NCBI RefSeq assembly: GCF_018350175.1
Contig: NC_058368.1
Span: 77,254,001-77,318,000, forward strand
Length of the DNA: 64,000 bases
Reading direction: 5' to 3'
Source: Felis catus
Taxonomy: Eukaryota
The notes beneath the pieces were generated by a model. The model made no database searches, was not told the DNA's origin, and saw only the letters and a program-made list of their open reading frames with translations. The position numbers were made by a program, and so were the translations under genes. This document shows positions 1 to 12,169 of the stretch, in pieces. The number at the start of each line of letters is the position of its first letter. The stretch's first letter is position 1.

Positions 1-1088
1 CTAGAAAAGATGACATCTGCCCCCTGAGTTTAAAAACGTAAAGCAAGGTGAGAACTCTGTACCGTTGACCCTTTTGAAGGTTGGATATATGTTGTCTTCA
101 TCAAGATGATACGCGCGTCACTTCACATCTTATCTTAAATAACTTCCTATTTCCAGAACACTCTTCTACCACCCGTGCCGCTCTGAGACATCCCCTCCTC
201 CGAAGTGTCCGTCTGGGTGGAGGAAACTTTCTCCCAGGTTCCTCTTGACAACCGTCCAAATGGCTTCGTTGGCTCTGTGACGAGGTGGGCATTCGGTGCT
301 CTTGGTCATGTCCTTGCTTCCAGGGAGTCCCCAGAGTGTGGAAACCATGGCACCAAGGTCTGAACTTCTCTCCTCCTTGTGAGAGCTTGAGTTCGGACGG
401 GTCGGACAGCCTGATGTGAAGGAAGGAGGGTGGTCTTCGATGGGAGAAAGTTCCCCGCCCCAGAGAGCCAGGGAGGAGAGCTTCAGACACAACATACTCT
501 GACAGGAGGTATTACTTGAAGTGGAAAGTAAGTGACACGGGAAGAAGTGGGAAATTGAGCATAAAAATAAAGGAACGTATGATCAGATTTTTATATCCTG
601 AGACGCCCTAAATATAGCTTGAAAAGCATTTCAAAGGCACATGGGCCACGCCAGTCCATGACAGGGTCCCGGAGTGGGGCCTGGTGGGATGTCATCGCTG
701 AATCCTTTCCCTGGCAATTTTTGGGATCCGTGTAGGTAGCAAAAATAGTTTGCTTCGCGTGGACATAAGGCACAGAGCATCGGTCTTCTGAACCGCTACC
801 CCGAAAGTATTTCTCTAGGTGGTGAGGCACGTTAGTGCAGCAAGCGTACATTTCTACAGAACCTACAGAGAATCAGGTGGACACAGTTTGCTTGTATCTC
901 AGTCTTGAACTTAAAACCTAAAACAATATTGCGTTTTTTGATGCGTTTGCTTATTTTAGGGGATCGGTCATGCTTCGTGTATGTCCCCAGCACGCCAGGC
1001 CCGGCCCACACTCGGCAACGGGACGCGGTTTCTACTGCACAGAGATGCATTCCGAATTCCGTCTGTCCTTCATTTTACCGTCCCTTCT

Positions 1089-1507
1089 TGGGATGGCTGA
1101 TTCCATGTGTCATCTGGGCTGGCCACAGTGCCCAGCTATTTGGCCAAGCGTTCTTTTGGACGTTTCTGTGAGGGTGTTTTGGGGGTAAGATTATCATTCA
1201 AACCAATGAACTTTGAGTAAAACAGATTGCCCTTCTTAATGGGGATGGGACTTTATAATGTTGGTGGGCCTCGTCCAATCAGTTGAAGGCCCGAATAGAG
1301 CAAAAGAATGACCTCCCTCCAGCAAGAGGAAATTCTCCATTCTGATGGCCTTTGGATTTGAACTCAACAGCAGCTCTTCCTTAGGGCTCCAGCTTGTTGC
1401 AGGCTTTGGACATGCCAGGCTCCATAATTGTGGGAGCTACATCCTTAAAATGAATCTCTCTCCACCTCCCATTAGTTCTATTTCTCTGAAGAAACCTGAC
1501 TCATAGA
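1089..1507 (+). mobile_element. MLT2 (ERVL) solo LTR, MLT2B-like
   Basis: Resembles MLT2 consensus end to end (TGGGATGGCTGATTCCATGTGTCA...GGGCCTCGTCCAATCAGTTGAAGGCC...TTCTCTGAAGAAACCTGACTCATAGA). Flanked by a perfect 5-bp TSD CTTCT (1084-1088, 1508-1512). Confidence 0.88.
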
Positions 1508-1993
1508 CTTCTCTTTCTCCTTCCCTCTTTTCCCCGAGTCTTGTACCCGTAAACTGCTTTCCATTGACCACACGTTACAGTGAAATGAGATTCTGTCAGA
1601 CCAACACCGTCTAACCCTACAAGAAAGAATAAAAACCTACACCAAACACAAAACACAAACACAAAAAATCAGTTAAATCTCGTCAAGACATGTATATGAC
1701 ACTTACGTGTCAATTATTGTCAATTAATTTCCAAAGGATATTTAAATAGAATAGAAGGTGTGCTCCATTTTATTTTGTCTGGTTTTAATAAAAAGAAGGT
1801 CTCTGAAAAGTATATCACTGAAAGGGCAATCGAATAAAAAAAAAGAACCAAGGTCAACCTTGAGAATTATACGGCCTGGGAAAAGGGTGGCAAAGCCTTG
1901 TGGACCTGTGGTATGTTAGACACAGCGTCGCCCCGTGCTGACGTCAGCCCATCCAGAGTGTCCCTCATCACACTTCCTGATTTAAATATTCTT

Positions 1994-2203
1994 GGGGCGC
2001 CTGGGTGGCTCAGTCAGTTGAGCATCCGACTTCAGCTCAGGTCATGATCTCTCAGTTTGTGAGTTCGAGCCCTGCATTGGGCTCTGTGCTAACAAACAGC
2101 TCAAAGCCTGGAGACTACTTCGGATTCTGTGTCTCCCTCTCTCTCTCTCCCCCTCCCCTGCTCATGCTCTGTCTCTCAAAAATAAATAAATGTTAAAAAT
2201 TTT
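1994..2203 (+). mobile_element. Can-SINE (SINEC_Fc type)
   Basis: GGGGCGCCTGGGTGGCTCAG head with A/B boxes, CT-rich body, A tail; TSD TTTAAATATT(C/A)TT. Confidence 0.96.
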
Positions 2204-2309
2204 TTTAAATATTATTAAGCTTCCTTTGACAGGTAGATAAACTCTGGGGTGCTTGGCTGAGCCCACACATCTTTTCACCCTCCAAATGCAAGGCTGGTTT
2301 CTGTCTGTC

Positions 2310-2700
2310 ACTTCCTTCCCGACCTCACCCTATTCTAGTTACCTCCAGGTCACTGAACTTGGCCGAAGGGACATGAGAGAAACCCCTCTGCCTTTGCATC
2401 TTGCTCTCCCATCTGCCTGATTGCCTATCTTCCCCCCTCCCCCCGGGGACTCTTACCTACCCGAGCAATCTTGGCACAGACATTTCATCTGACTGTCGAC
2501 TTTCCCTGAAAGCTGTTTTGACATTTCTCTAATCCATATTACATATTTTATACAAGTATTGTTCACAAGGATGCATTTATTTACATACATGTGTATCTCC
2601 CCTCAAGAACCCCCTCAAGAAAGTGACCATTCCTTATAAATCCTTGCACACAACAATACCTGAGAATTAGTAAGTGCTCTCTTAAATGGTGAACAAAGAA
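2310..2700 (+). mobile_element. L2 3' fragment (degenerate)
   Basis: CCTTTGCATCTTGCTCTCCCATCTGCCTG and terminal TAGTAAGTGCTCTC..AAAT motifs typical of the L2 3' end; boundaries approximate. Confidence 0.55.
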
Positions 2701-2930
2701 CACGTTGTACGTGACAGTGTTAGCTTCATGACGGTATTAAGAAGGAGTCCCTTTAGTCCCTTTGAATATCTCCCACTCACATGAAGATAATGGAAATTCT
2801 TTCGGCAGGAAAAAAAAAAGTTATACACAAATAACAGAGTTCTTTATTGTGTAGAAAACTTGAAAGCCTTTTTTTCCCCTCATTATCTTTTTAGAAGGAA
2901 TTAGAAGTAGCATTAGAAGAGAGATTTACA

Positions 2931-3158
2931 GGGGCGCCTGGGTGGCTCAGTCGGTTAAGCAGCCGACTTCGGCTCAGGTCATGATCTCGCAGTCCATGAG
3001 TTCGAGCCCCGCGTCAGGCTCTGTGCTGACAGCTCAGAGCCTGGAGCCTGTTTCTGATTCTGTGTCTCCCTCTCTCTCTGTCCCTCCCCCGTTCATGCTC
3101 TGTCTCTCCCTGTCTCAAAAATAAATAAACATTAAGAAAAAAAAATTTAAAAAAAAAA
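2931..3158 (+). mobile_element. Can-SINE (SINEC_Fc type)
   Basis: Full length; TSD AGAAGAGAGATTTA(CA/TG) at 2915-2930 and 3159-3174. Confidence 0.97.
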
Positions 3159-4243
3159 AGAAGAGAGATTTATGAAAACCAAACTGAAAATATCACTACG
3201 AAAGGAAAAACATGGAGACCTGATCGTAAATCTTATCTTAAGAAGGAAAGAAGGCCCCAGAGCAGGAAGGACCCACCTTGTCATGACCAACAGCAAGAAG
3301 AGAATTTCAGGGAGGCAGGAAGTCTGAAGTCCGAAGCTCTTGTGAAATCTCTTATAGACAAGGTTCAGAATAATAAGCGTCAAGGCCATTTCACTGCCGG
3401 ACTTCCAGGGTAGTTCTCTTGTATCCAAAAATGCTTGTTCTCAATTACTATTAATTTTAAGGGACTTTAGGTTGTGTTTTGAAAAATGTTTTGTGGTTCA
3501 TATAAAGGGTCCTTGATGTAGCCTAAGACTTAAATTTGGTTCAGGTAGAAAATTCTTAAGGTAGCGTAACAGTAAACACTTTCTCTATTCTGAGGTGTGA
3601 GCTACGGTTTGTTTTGGGGTGCTCGTCATTGTTGTAGGCGGAGGCACCTTTGAGTTTCAGAATCCCACAGATGTGAAACGTGGACCTACCCAGACTCGCT
3701 GGGGAAGCTTGCTCTAGACCGATACTCTCGGGGTGGACGGGGGGGGGGGCTCTTTGGAAAAATATAAGCTGACGGGTAGAGCAGTTGTCATTTGCTTTAG
3801 TTAGGCAATGTGATTTTTCTTACAAACGGAGCTGGACTCTGCTGTCTCTCAAAAATTATTCTTAGTCCGAGGGAAGGGTGTGTGCGTGTGTGTGCGCATG
3901 CAAAAACTTAAATTTTTCTCTTTCACTCACAGTCTGCCTTCATTTGATTTATCCTCAAAATACTGCTGGTCTATGGCTAGTATCAAAGTCTAATTTACCA
4001 TCATCTTTTCCATGCACTGTTTCAATACCTCCCCCTGCTTCTGTGCTTGACCCCACAGTATGTTCATAACACAGCGGCCCAAGCATATCATTCTGGTCAA
4101 ATCCTCCAATGTCCTCATGTTTCACTCTGAATAAAAGGCAAAGTCTTTACTGTGGTCTTAATGACTCTGTAGGTCTACACCCACCCACTAACAGCGTCTT
4201 GATCAAGATTCTCCCTCTAGTTCACTCTATTTCCAGTTATTTC

Positions 4244-4490
4244 TTTTTTTCTTTCTTTTTTTTTTTTTTAATTTTTTTTTTCAACGTTTTTTTAATTTTA
4301 TTTTTGGGACAGAGAGAGACAGAGCATGAACGGGGGAGGGGCAGAGAGAGAGGGAGACACAGAATCGGAAACAGGCTCCAGGCTCTGAGCCGTCAGCCCA
4401 GAGCCTGACGCGGGGCTCGAACTCACGGACCGCGAGATCGTGACCTGGCTGAAGTCGGACGCTTAACCGACTGCGCCACCCAGGCGCCCC
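4244..4490 (-). mobile_element. Young feline Can-SINE (CpG-intact subfamily)
   Basis: Diagnostic GCGCAGTCGGTTAAGCGTCCGACTTCAGCCAGGTCACG and AACGTTG tail; perfect 16-bp TSD TATTTCCAGTTATTTC (4228-4243, 4491-4506). Confidence 0.98.
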
Positions 4491-4702
4491 TATTTCCAGT
4501 TATTTCAGTTTCATTGTCTGACACGGCAAGAAGTCCTACCTCAGGGCTTTTGCATGTGCTGTGTTTTTTGGCTTAGACACTCATCTCCTAATTAGCTGCA
4601 CGTAAAATCCCTTCTTAGACATCTTTGCTCAATTCTATGTTCTAATTACATGTTATATGAGTCCTTCCCTGGCAAATTCCATTTAAAACTATAAATCTTC
4701 CT

Positions 4703-4910
4703 GGGGTGCCTGGGTGGGTCAGCCAGTTAAGTGTCTGACACGGACTCACAGTCCATGAGTTCGAGCCCCTCATCGGGCTCTGTTCTGATAGCTCAAAGCC
4801 TGGAGCCTGCTTCAGATTCTGTGTCTCCCTCTCTCTTTGCCCCTCCCCTGCTCATATCTGTCTCTTTCTGTCTCAAAAACAAATACACATTAAAAATTTT
4901 TAAAAATAAA
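4703..4910 (+). mobile_element. Can-SINE with short internal deletion
   Basis: Head, CT body and A tail; TSD core TAAAACTATAAA. Confidence 0.93.
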
Positions 4911-5479
4911 TAAAACTATAAACCCTTCTGAATACCTATTCTCTTTTTTTTTGCTTTAGTTTACTGATTTACTTGAAATTTTCCTTACATATTTTTAATG
5001 CACTATACTCCAAAAAAATATAAACTCTATAAGGACACAAATTTTTATCTTTTTAAAATGTATTACTATATGTTAGTGTCCAGATTTTTGCCTGGAACTT
5101 ATTGAGTAAATAATTTGGGGCCAAACTAATGTTTCCATATTTTTTTCTTTATGAGTCATACATTAAGGTAGGGGGGAATTTAAGCTACAATGATAGGAGA
5201 AATGATAAATATCTTAGTGTGCGTGACATGAAAGCAATTGACATTCTGGACATTTCTGGCAAAGAACAAGCATGTCACGAGACAATTGAAATTCTTCAGA
5301 TTGGAATGCTCTATCCTAGACTCATTCCAGAAAATTGGTGAATGTGGGTGTTTGGGGAGGCCAAAGCAGGTTGGGCTGTGTGGACCGGTGGTTCGACACT
5401 TGGCATCCTTAGACTCGGGGGAGGCATACCTTGTTGGTAGTGATGATCTGGAAACATTTCGGGAAGTTTCTGTTCACTT

Positions 5480-5674
5480 TCTTTTTTTTAAATGGTTATT
5501 TATTTTTGAGAGCGTGCAAGCAAGGAAAGGGCAGAGAGAGAGAGGGACGGAGGATCCAAAGCGGGCTCTGCGCTGACAACAATGAGCCCGAGGCAGGGCT
5601 TGGACTCACGAACTGTGAGATCATGACCTGAGCTGAAGCTGGGCGCTCAACTGACTGATCCGCCTAGGCACCCC
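5480..5674 (-). mobile_element. Can-SINE
   Basis: Reverse-strand head ending GGCACCCC; TSD core TCTGTTCA. Confidence 0.92.
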
Positions 5675-6539
5675 TCTGTTCATTCTTATAGGGCAATAAC
5701 CCACAGAGAAAAGGTCTCTCTCTATAAAAATATGTATGGTATATTTTGTAATACAGGAGAGAAAGGGACCTGGAGAAAGAGGAAAGCAAATGTATGGAAA
5801 GGGGTGGAGACCAAGTGAAAGAGCTTTGAGGGGAACCTCCCACCTTTAACTGTGGACCTCCCCTGTGTTTGTGAACTGGCATCTTCCGGCTTCCTATGGG
5901 AGATCGCATATTCACGACCCTAAGTTCCAGGTCATTCTGGTGACGTGTGGTCGTATTAGAAAACCATCTTGTGCTTTCAAGTAGGTCTCAAGAAATCCAG
6001 CATGTCCAAAACAGGACCCCCTGTCTTCTCCATTTCCCGACCTTAATGTATCAGCCTCCTCTGAGACATAAAATCTCAGGGTGCTATCTTACACTTCACT
6101 TTACATTGATTTCATTGTCGGCTCTTGTTGAATTTGCCGGGAAAATAGATTTTTAAAAATTTCTAACTTTACTTTCCCCCTGCTAGAACTTCATGACTTT
6201 GCTGGATCTATGGTAGCTGACCTCTGCTTCTGGCCTCTTTCTTTCCGTCCAGGATCCCTCTATCCGCTTACCTTCCTATGCCAAAAAGCTCTCAATCTTC
6301 TAGAAGCTCTGACTGTCGCATAAGCAGCACACTCATATGGATACAGATGGCTCTTCCTTCTCCCTCCCCACACACTGTATGCAAAAATAAAGCGAATACG
6401 GCCATGTTTTTTTTTTTTTTTGGTGTGACCATCATTAAAATATTTTAAAAGCATGCAAGTAACGAAGTCAGCCATGTGAAGATATAAAAAAAATGTCATT
6501 TCACTGGAAAAATAAATAAATTGACAATTTTGATTTCAA

Positions 6540-7900
6540 GCATTTTTGTTTTTGTATGGAATAATTCAAACATGCCAAAAAGCCATGAAAATAATAGAAC
6601 AGTTAACCACGTGTCGACCACCCAGAGTTAACAGATGTTAACATTTTGCTCCATTGGCTTCAGAGTTTTCTTCTTTGTTTTGAAGCAAAAAAAAAAAAAA
6701 AAAAAAAGTTAGAGATATAGTTAAACTGGCCTCCTGTCCATTTTCCTTCTCTTCCTCCCTAGAGGCTGAGGTTTTGTATATCATTGCTGCGCAGATGTTT
6801 GTTTTACTGGGCGTGTTTATACTGGTAAGCAACTTATATTGTTGTTCTGCTTATATTTTTACTTAAATCGTATCACACTATATTTGCCCTTTCGAACCCT
6901 ACTTTTTGTCATCAACATATGGGGATATGTGTTGATATAGTTTATTCAATCAATTGTCTGAATCAACTCGTTTGTTTATAAATTCCCTTACTGAGGGACG
7001 GCAATTTTGCTCTCGCTCTCTCTTCTTCTTTCACGGTTAGAAATACTGTTGCAAAAATCCTCCTGACTATCCTTGAGCACATATGGCAGATATTCTAGTC
7101 CTAGAGTAGAAAGTTTGCTCTCTAGAAGCAGATCCCCCAGATTTGAAGAGTGCCCATCTTCAGCGTTACTAAGTATTATTGGCTTGCTCACCCAGGAGTC
7201 TCGTCTGAAGGTTCTGTCCTTCCTCATTGTCACCCACAGAGCCATTAATGGTTTTTCCAGTCTGATGAATTCAAATGGATTTTCATCATGGGTTTAATTT
7301 GCACTTCCCAGATTCCTCTTTTTTATGTTTACTTATTTATTTTGAGAAAGTGAGAGAGTAAGGGAGGGGCAGAGAGAGAGAGAGAAGGAGAGAGAGAATC
7401 TCAGGTAGGCTCCGTGTTGTCCGTGCAGAGCCTGATGGGGACTCAATCCCATGAACTGTGACATCATGACCTGAGCCGAGATCAAGAGTCAAATGCTCAA
7501 GTGACTGAGCCACCCAGAAGCCCCTGCATTTCCCTGATTCTTAATGATGTTGCAGGAATATGTTCATATGTTTATTGGCTAATCTCATTTTCTTTTCTGT
7601 GAATGCCAGAATATTCACAATATTTGCCCACTCTCTTATTAGGTCGTTTGTCTTTTTTTTTTTTTTAATTAACTTGTAACCTATTCTATAATCTAATTTA
7701 ATTAAGCCAACTTTAACCATCTTTAGTATTTCATTTTTTTAGTGTTGTGAACTTAACGTAAGAAAAACTGCTTGACAACAACATAATCTTATATTTTCTT
7801 CTAAATTTTTTTACTTTATTTTATCTAAAAAATGTTAATCCAAATGTGTGTGTATGCATGGTTAAGTATCTAATTTCATTAGTCCATATATGGTCTATGA
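6540..7900 (-). mobile_element. Old L1M (L1ME/MC-like) 3' fragment, interrupted by a SINE
   Basis: Antisense L1 hallmarks GGTTTAATTTGCACTTCCC / TGCATTTCCCTGAT..AATGATGTTG and TTCATATGTTTATTGGC; boundaries approximate. Confidence 0.7.
7316..7524 (-). mobile_element. Can-SINE
   Basis: Full length; TSD TGCA(C/T)TTCCC(A/T)GATTC. Confidence 0.94.
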
Positions 7901-7949
7901 TCTTAGTATCTCTTTATGAGTAGCCCATCATATTTCCACTGATCTGTAA

Positions 7950-8066
7950 TGTGCTGACAGCACAGAGCCTGCTTGGGATTCTGTGTCTCCCTCTCTCTGC
8001 CCCTCCTCTGCTTCTCTCAAAAAAAAAAAAATAATAATAAACTTCAGTAAAAAAACAAACAAAAAT
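7950..8066 (+). mobile_element. 5'-truncated Can-SINE
   Basis: Starts at GTGCTGACAGCACAGAGCCTGCTTGGGATTCT, followed by the CT body and A tail. Confidence 0.88.
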
Positions 8067-8137
8067 ATAATTTTGAGCTCTTTCCAGATCTCAATCATAG
8101 GCGTTATATACAAATTTTTTAAAAATAAGCAAATACC

Positions 8138-8360
8138 AGGGCACCTGCGTGGCTCAGTTGGTTAAGCGTCTGACTCTTGGTTTTGGCTCAGATCATGATT
8201 TCACGGTTCGTGGGTTCGAGCTCGGCATTAGGCTCTGTGCTGACAGCTCAGAGCCTGGAGCCTGCTTCGGATTCTGTGTCTCCCTTTCTTTCTGCCTTTC
8301 CCCTGCTCATGCTCTGTCCTTGTCTCTCAAAAATAAATAAACATTAAAAAGAAAGTTTTT
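8138..8360 (+). mobile_element. Can-SINE
   Basis: Full length; degenerate TSD AAA(A/G)TAAGCA(A/T)ATAC. Confidence 0.94.
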
Positions 8361-8829
8361 AAAGTAAGCATATACTATTAAACAGTAAATTCTCATTTTA
8401 TTTAAAAACATAAGTAATAAAATTTACATAATTTTAACATGGTATTAGTAATATAAATATAATATTGCCAATGTCACACAGATAGTGACTTTGTCTATCT
8501 CTGATTCTGTTAGAGTAAATGATATATTTGTAGAGTTAATCTAACCCAGGTACAATGCAGAAGTGAACGTCCTTTGAATGGACATTTAAAACCCCTTTTT
8601 GTCTTCCTAAAGTATCTATAGTTTAAAACTGGGCGATAACCTAACTACGGTGAGTTTTTATCAGTGTTACGGCTCAGAGCACAATAGAGCACGTGTTTTA
8701 CTACAGGCCGAGTGGTACACGAGCTGACTGAGCAGGACCAGTTCTGTGCGGTCTCTGTACTTTCTACTCCTCCTTTACATCAAATACTTTGGAGGAAGTG
8801 ACCGAGAGAGACATTATTATAGGTGAGTG

Positions 8830-9285
8830 CTTTGCCAGAAATACTGACTGCTCCCCAAATATCCACGAGCTCTCCCAAATTTCCCGCCCTCTTATAGTGA
8901 TGCGGGCAGGTGACCAGTTCTAGGAGCTCAGTGACCAGCAGAAGTGCAATGTATTCACTTTTTTTTTAATGCTTTATTTATTGTAGAGAGAGAGAGAGTG
9001 GGGAGGAGCAGAGAGAGAGGGAGACAGAGAATCCCAAGCAGGTTCCGCGCTGTCAGGGCAGAGTCCGATGTGGGGCTTGAACTCACAAACCATGAGACCA
9101 TGACCTGAGCTGAAATCAAGAGCTGGATGCTCAACTGACTGAGCCCTCCGGGTGCTCTGCAATGTGTTGTTCACTTCCGAGCCAGCGCTGGTGGCCGGTT
9201 CTCTGTGGCCCTCTCTGTGGCCGCACAAGTCAGGCTACACGTGGCAGGTGAGATTTTACACATGTGGATCCCTGAGCTTGGGGAA
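8830..9285 (+). mobile_element. Old MaLR LTR fragment (MLT1I/J-like), split by a SINE
   Basis: ATTTCCCGCCCTCTT..GGTGACCAGTTCT..GCAGAAGTG..TCACTTCC motif series. Confidence 0.5.
8961..9157 (-). mobile_element. Can-SINE
   Basis: Reverse head and T tail; TSD TGCAATGT..TTCACTT. Confidence 0.93.
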
Positions 9286-9289
9286 CACT

Positions 9290-9667
9290 GGGCCAGTATT
9301 AAGGTATGAGCAACACCACCCTCTTTCCAGAAACTCCAGGAGAGAATCTGTTCCCTGTCTCTTCCAGCTTTTGACGGTGACCGGTGTTCCTCAGCTTGTG
9401 GTTGTGTCTTCAAACCTTCCTGTGTTCTGCCTTCACGTCACCTTCTCTTCTGTGTGGGTGAAATCACCCCGTGCCTCCTTCCTAATGGGGATACTCATGA
9501 TTGCATTTAGGGCCCACCAGGATAACCCAGGAGAACATCCCTATTTCCAATTCTCAATTTAATCACATCTCCAAGCTACCTTCCCCTTTTCTTTGTTATA
9601 GAAGGTAGTATTTCCAGAAACTAGGACTGGATTATTGACAGAGGGGGTGTATCTTCAGCCTGCCATA
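9290..9667 (-). mobile_element. MaLR LTR (MLT1C/D-like), partial
   Basis: GGAGAGAATCTGTTCCCTGTCTCTTCCAGCTT, TGATTGCATTTAGGGCCCACCAGGATAA, TTAATCACATCT and terminal TTCAGCCTGCCATA. Confidence 0.85.
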
Positions 9668-9714
9668 ATAAGTGTAATGGGAATGATTGGTCACCATTAA
9701 AAGTTTGTTTGCTC

Positions 9715-9716
<2 letters not shown>

Positions 9717-9752
<36 letters not shown>
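9717..9752. repeat. (TG)18 microsatellite
   Basis: Read directly. Confidence 0.97.
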
Positions 9753-9755
<3 letters not shown>

Positions 9756-11510
9756 ATATATGACTCAAATTTGAGAAACTCTATTATTATGGAAATAATA
9801 TTGATTGCATTTTAATCTATATAGCAAATAAGTCATCTACAAAGTTTGGCACTTGTGGCTCTTTGACGTAAACACAGCGGCTCACAACGTATCCCAGATT
9901 AAAACAATTACAAAAAGAAAAGAAAATGGTAGCCTACCTATCAGCAGAATCCAGGATGTGAGCAATTGTTCTAGAAGAAAGATCTGACCTTATGGTTCCT
10001 TCGCCAGCATCCAATGCCTTTCCTGACTTGTCTCTCAACTACTTTTTCTACTTTCACTTTCTCATTGCACTTCTCGGTTTTCTTCTCCTTCCCCCTCACC
10101 TCCCCACCATGTGCAGAGAGCAGGGGGCACCTTGCAGGTGAAAATAGCAGTGTAATTGTCTGAGCCCTAGATTAAACCAAGGCTCACCACATGCATGCAC
10201 AGAGGCCCCAGAGGAGGGCTGGGGCAGAGGAGGTGACCACACCTGGGGTGGTCTGGGACAAGGGCATGCTGTTCATCCACACAGGCGTGCCTGGAGTGCT
10301 CATCCACCCCAGGCAGAGTTGAAAGTCCAGCAGTTATTAAGAGGGACTGATGTTCAACTGATACCTCACCCCTTAATGGTTCCAGAGGAAGAGTACGCTT
10401 CTGGTGCAAACACCCAAAGAGAGCTCAGGGATGAATCCACGGCTGGGGCAGGACCCAACTTTTATTTATCTCTGGATTTACTGATATGTTTATCTCTTCC
10501 ATTTGTGTAATTGATGAATTATTAATGGGTAAACTTTAATCAAAGAAGGCATCATATTCATTTTTTGCTTTTGTATCTTGAACCACGAAGACTAAACTAT
10601 TTGGTGTACAGAAGGAGCACGTTAAATACGTCGTGAATACCTTTTTTTTGGGTCAAAGGCCATTTCATATCAAATACTTTTCATCAGGAGGTTGTGAGTT
10701 TTCTAGAAAGAGAAGCTTCAAAGAAAATAGAAAAAAATTAAATCTGAAAACTGGCTAATTATAGGTTCCAGAGGCCAAGCTGAGATTTTTTTTTTTTTGG
10801 ACAGGAAATTATGAGGATTTTTTTGGCTAAGTTCAAAGACAGCTATTGTAACAATTATAGGATGTTTCTAGGTCAGCCGTGTGGGTGTCTCTGTTGCACG
10901 TGAGGTTCTCCTCGCCATCTCCTCTCCCACCTGAAGTGTGTGATTTTATTCTCAGTGACAAATTGGAATAGAATATAGCCCAATCCTAGAAATTTATGCT
11001 AGAAAATAATGCTGCCCAAGAATTATGTGGGCAACATTTTCAAATTAAAATTAACCTAGCGCACTTTGTCCGTGAGGATTAACCTCAGATCCCTGTTATG
11101 TGTGTAATTTTGAAGGCTCTTTCCAGATTGATGGTTTCTTGATGTGAAATATTCATGGTTCAATTCCATGTCTTTACTGACAGTTGAGGGAAATATAATC
11201 AATAGTGTAGTATGGATTCAGTTGGATCTCAAATAAAGCAATGTGATGACTCTAATTCCATTTGCAGGAGTATTATTATATTCCAGTTGTTACATTATCA
11301 CACATCGCATGGTTCCAAGCCAGACACACAATGATTAGATCCTTGAGTTGAACTCTTCCTGCATTTGGATCTGGGGGCCCCTGAGTACAAAATATCACCC
11401 ACTGCATCTTCTTCATAGGGTCTGACAACTGTTCAACATATGGGCAGGGCGGGCGGCCACGTGGGAAACAGTAAAGATGGGAAGATCTGCCTTACTGAGA
11501 GGGTAGGCTT

Positions 11511-11640
11511 GTGTATTCTCTCTCTAGGGTTGTGGTGACAGGGTAGCACAGGCTGGTGGGTTAAAACAACAGGGATTGGTTTTCTTACAGTTCTGGAGGC
11601 TGGAGGTCTGAATCGGGTGTTGGTGGAGTGGGTTCCTTCT
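11511..11640 (-). mobile_element. MaLR (MLT1) LTR terminal fragment
   Basis: GGTGGGTTAAAACAACAG..TCTTACAGTTCTGGAGGCTGGAGGTCTGAATC..GGTTCCTTCT. Confidence 0.78.
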
Positions 11641-11857
11641 TCTTTTTTTTAAAAAAAATTCTTTTTAATGTTTATTTATTTTTGAGAGAGAGAGAGGGCA
11701 GGCGAGGGGCAGAGAGAGGGAGACAGAGAATCCCAAGCAGGCTCTGCAATGGCAGCACGGAGCCCGATGTGGGGCTCGAACCCACAAACTGTGAGATCAT
11801 GACCTGAGCTGAAATCAAGAGTCAGAAGCTTAACCTACTGAACCACCCAGGTGCCCC
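11641..11857 (-). mobile_element. Can-SINE
   Basis: Full-length reverse copy ending GGTGCCCC. Confidence 0.95.
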
Positions 11858-12169
11858 TTTGTTGAGGATTCCTTAATAAGATTTCATTTAAAAATAAGTT
11901 TTATTGCGAAAAGAAGCGGGAGAGAAAGCTAGAAAGAATCAGTTAAGCAGGATTAATCCATTTTCAACCCTTGTTTTACTGCTGAGACACTAGGCGCCCA
12001 GCAAAGGCACTGGTGGGCTAATGGGAAGCTGTCACGTGCTCTGCTGTGTCCACATTCTGTCCAGCAGGCAGCTCGCACACCTTGGTGGACATCAGGTCCC
12101 ATTCCTGGGACCCTGTTACCTCTCCCTTTTGTTTCTCAAAACATGGGTCCCTTGGCTGTAGGTTCTTTG

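Larger units (their letters stand above)
4020..5115 (+). mobile_element. L2 3' region interrupted by two SINEs
   Basis: AAATCCTCCAATGTCCTC, CCTACCTCAGGGCTTTTGCATGTGCT, TAAACTCTATAAGGACA and TGCCTGGAAC motifs occur in L2 order; boundaries approximate. Confidence 0.65.

Noticed and set aside
101..527. 129-aa and 109-aa minus-strand ORFs, and a plus-strand AG..GTAAGT interval (156-527)
   Set aside because: No recognisable protein similarity; the plus-strand interval has stops in all three frames
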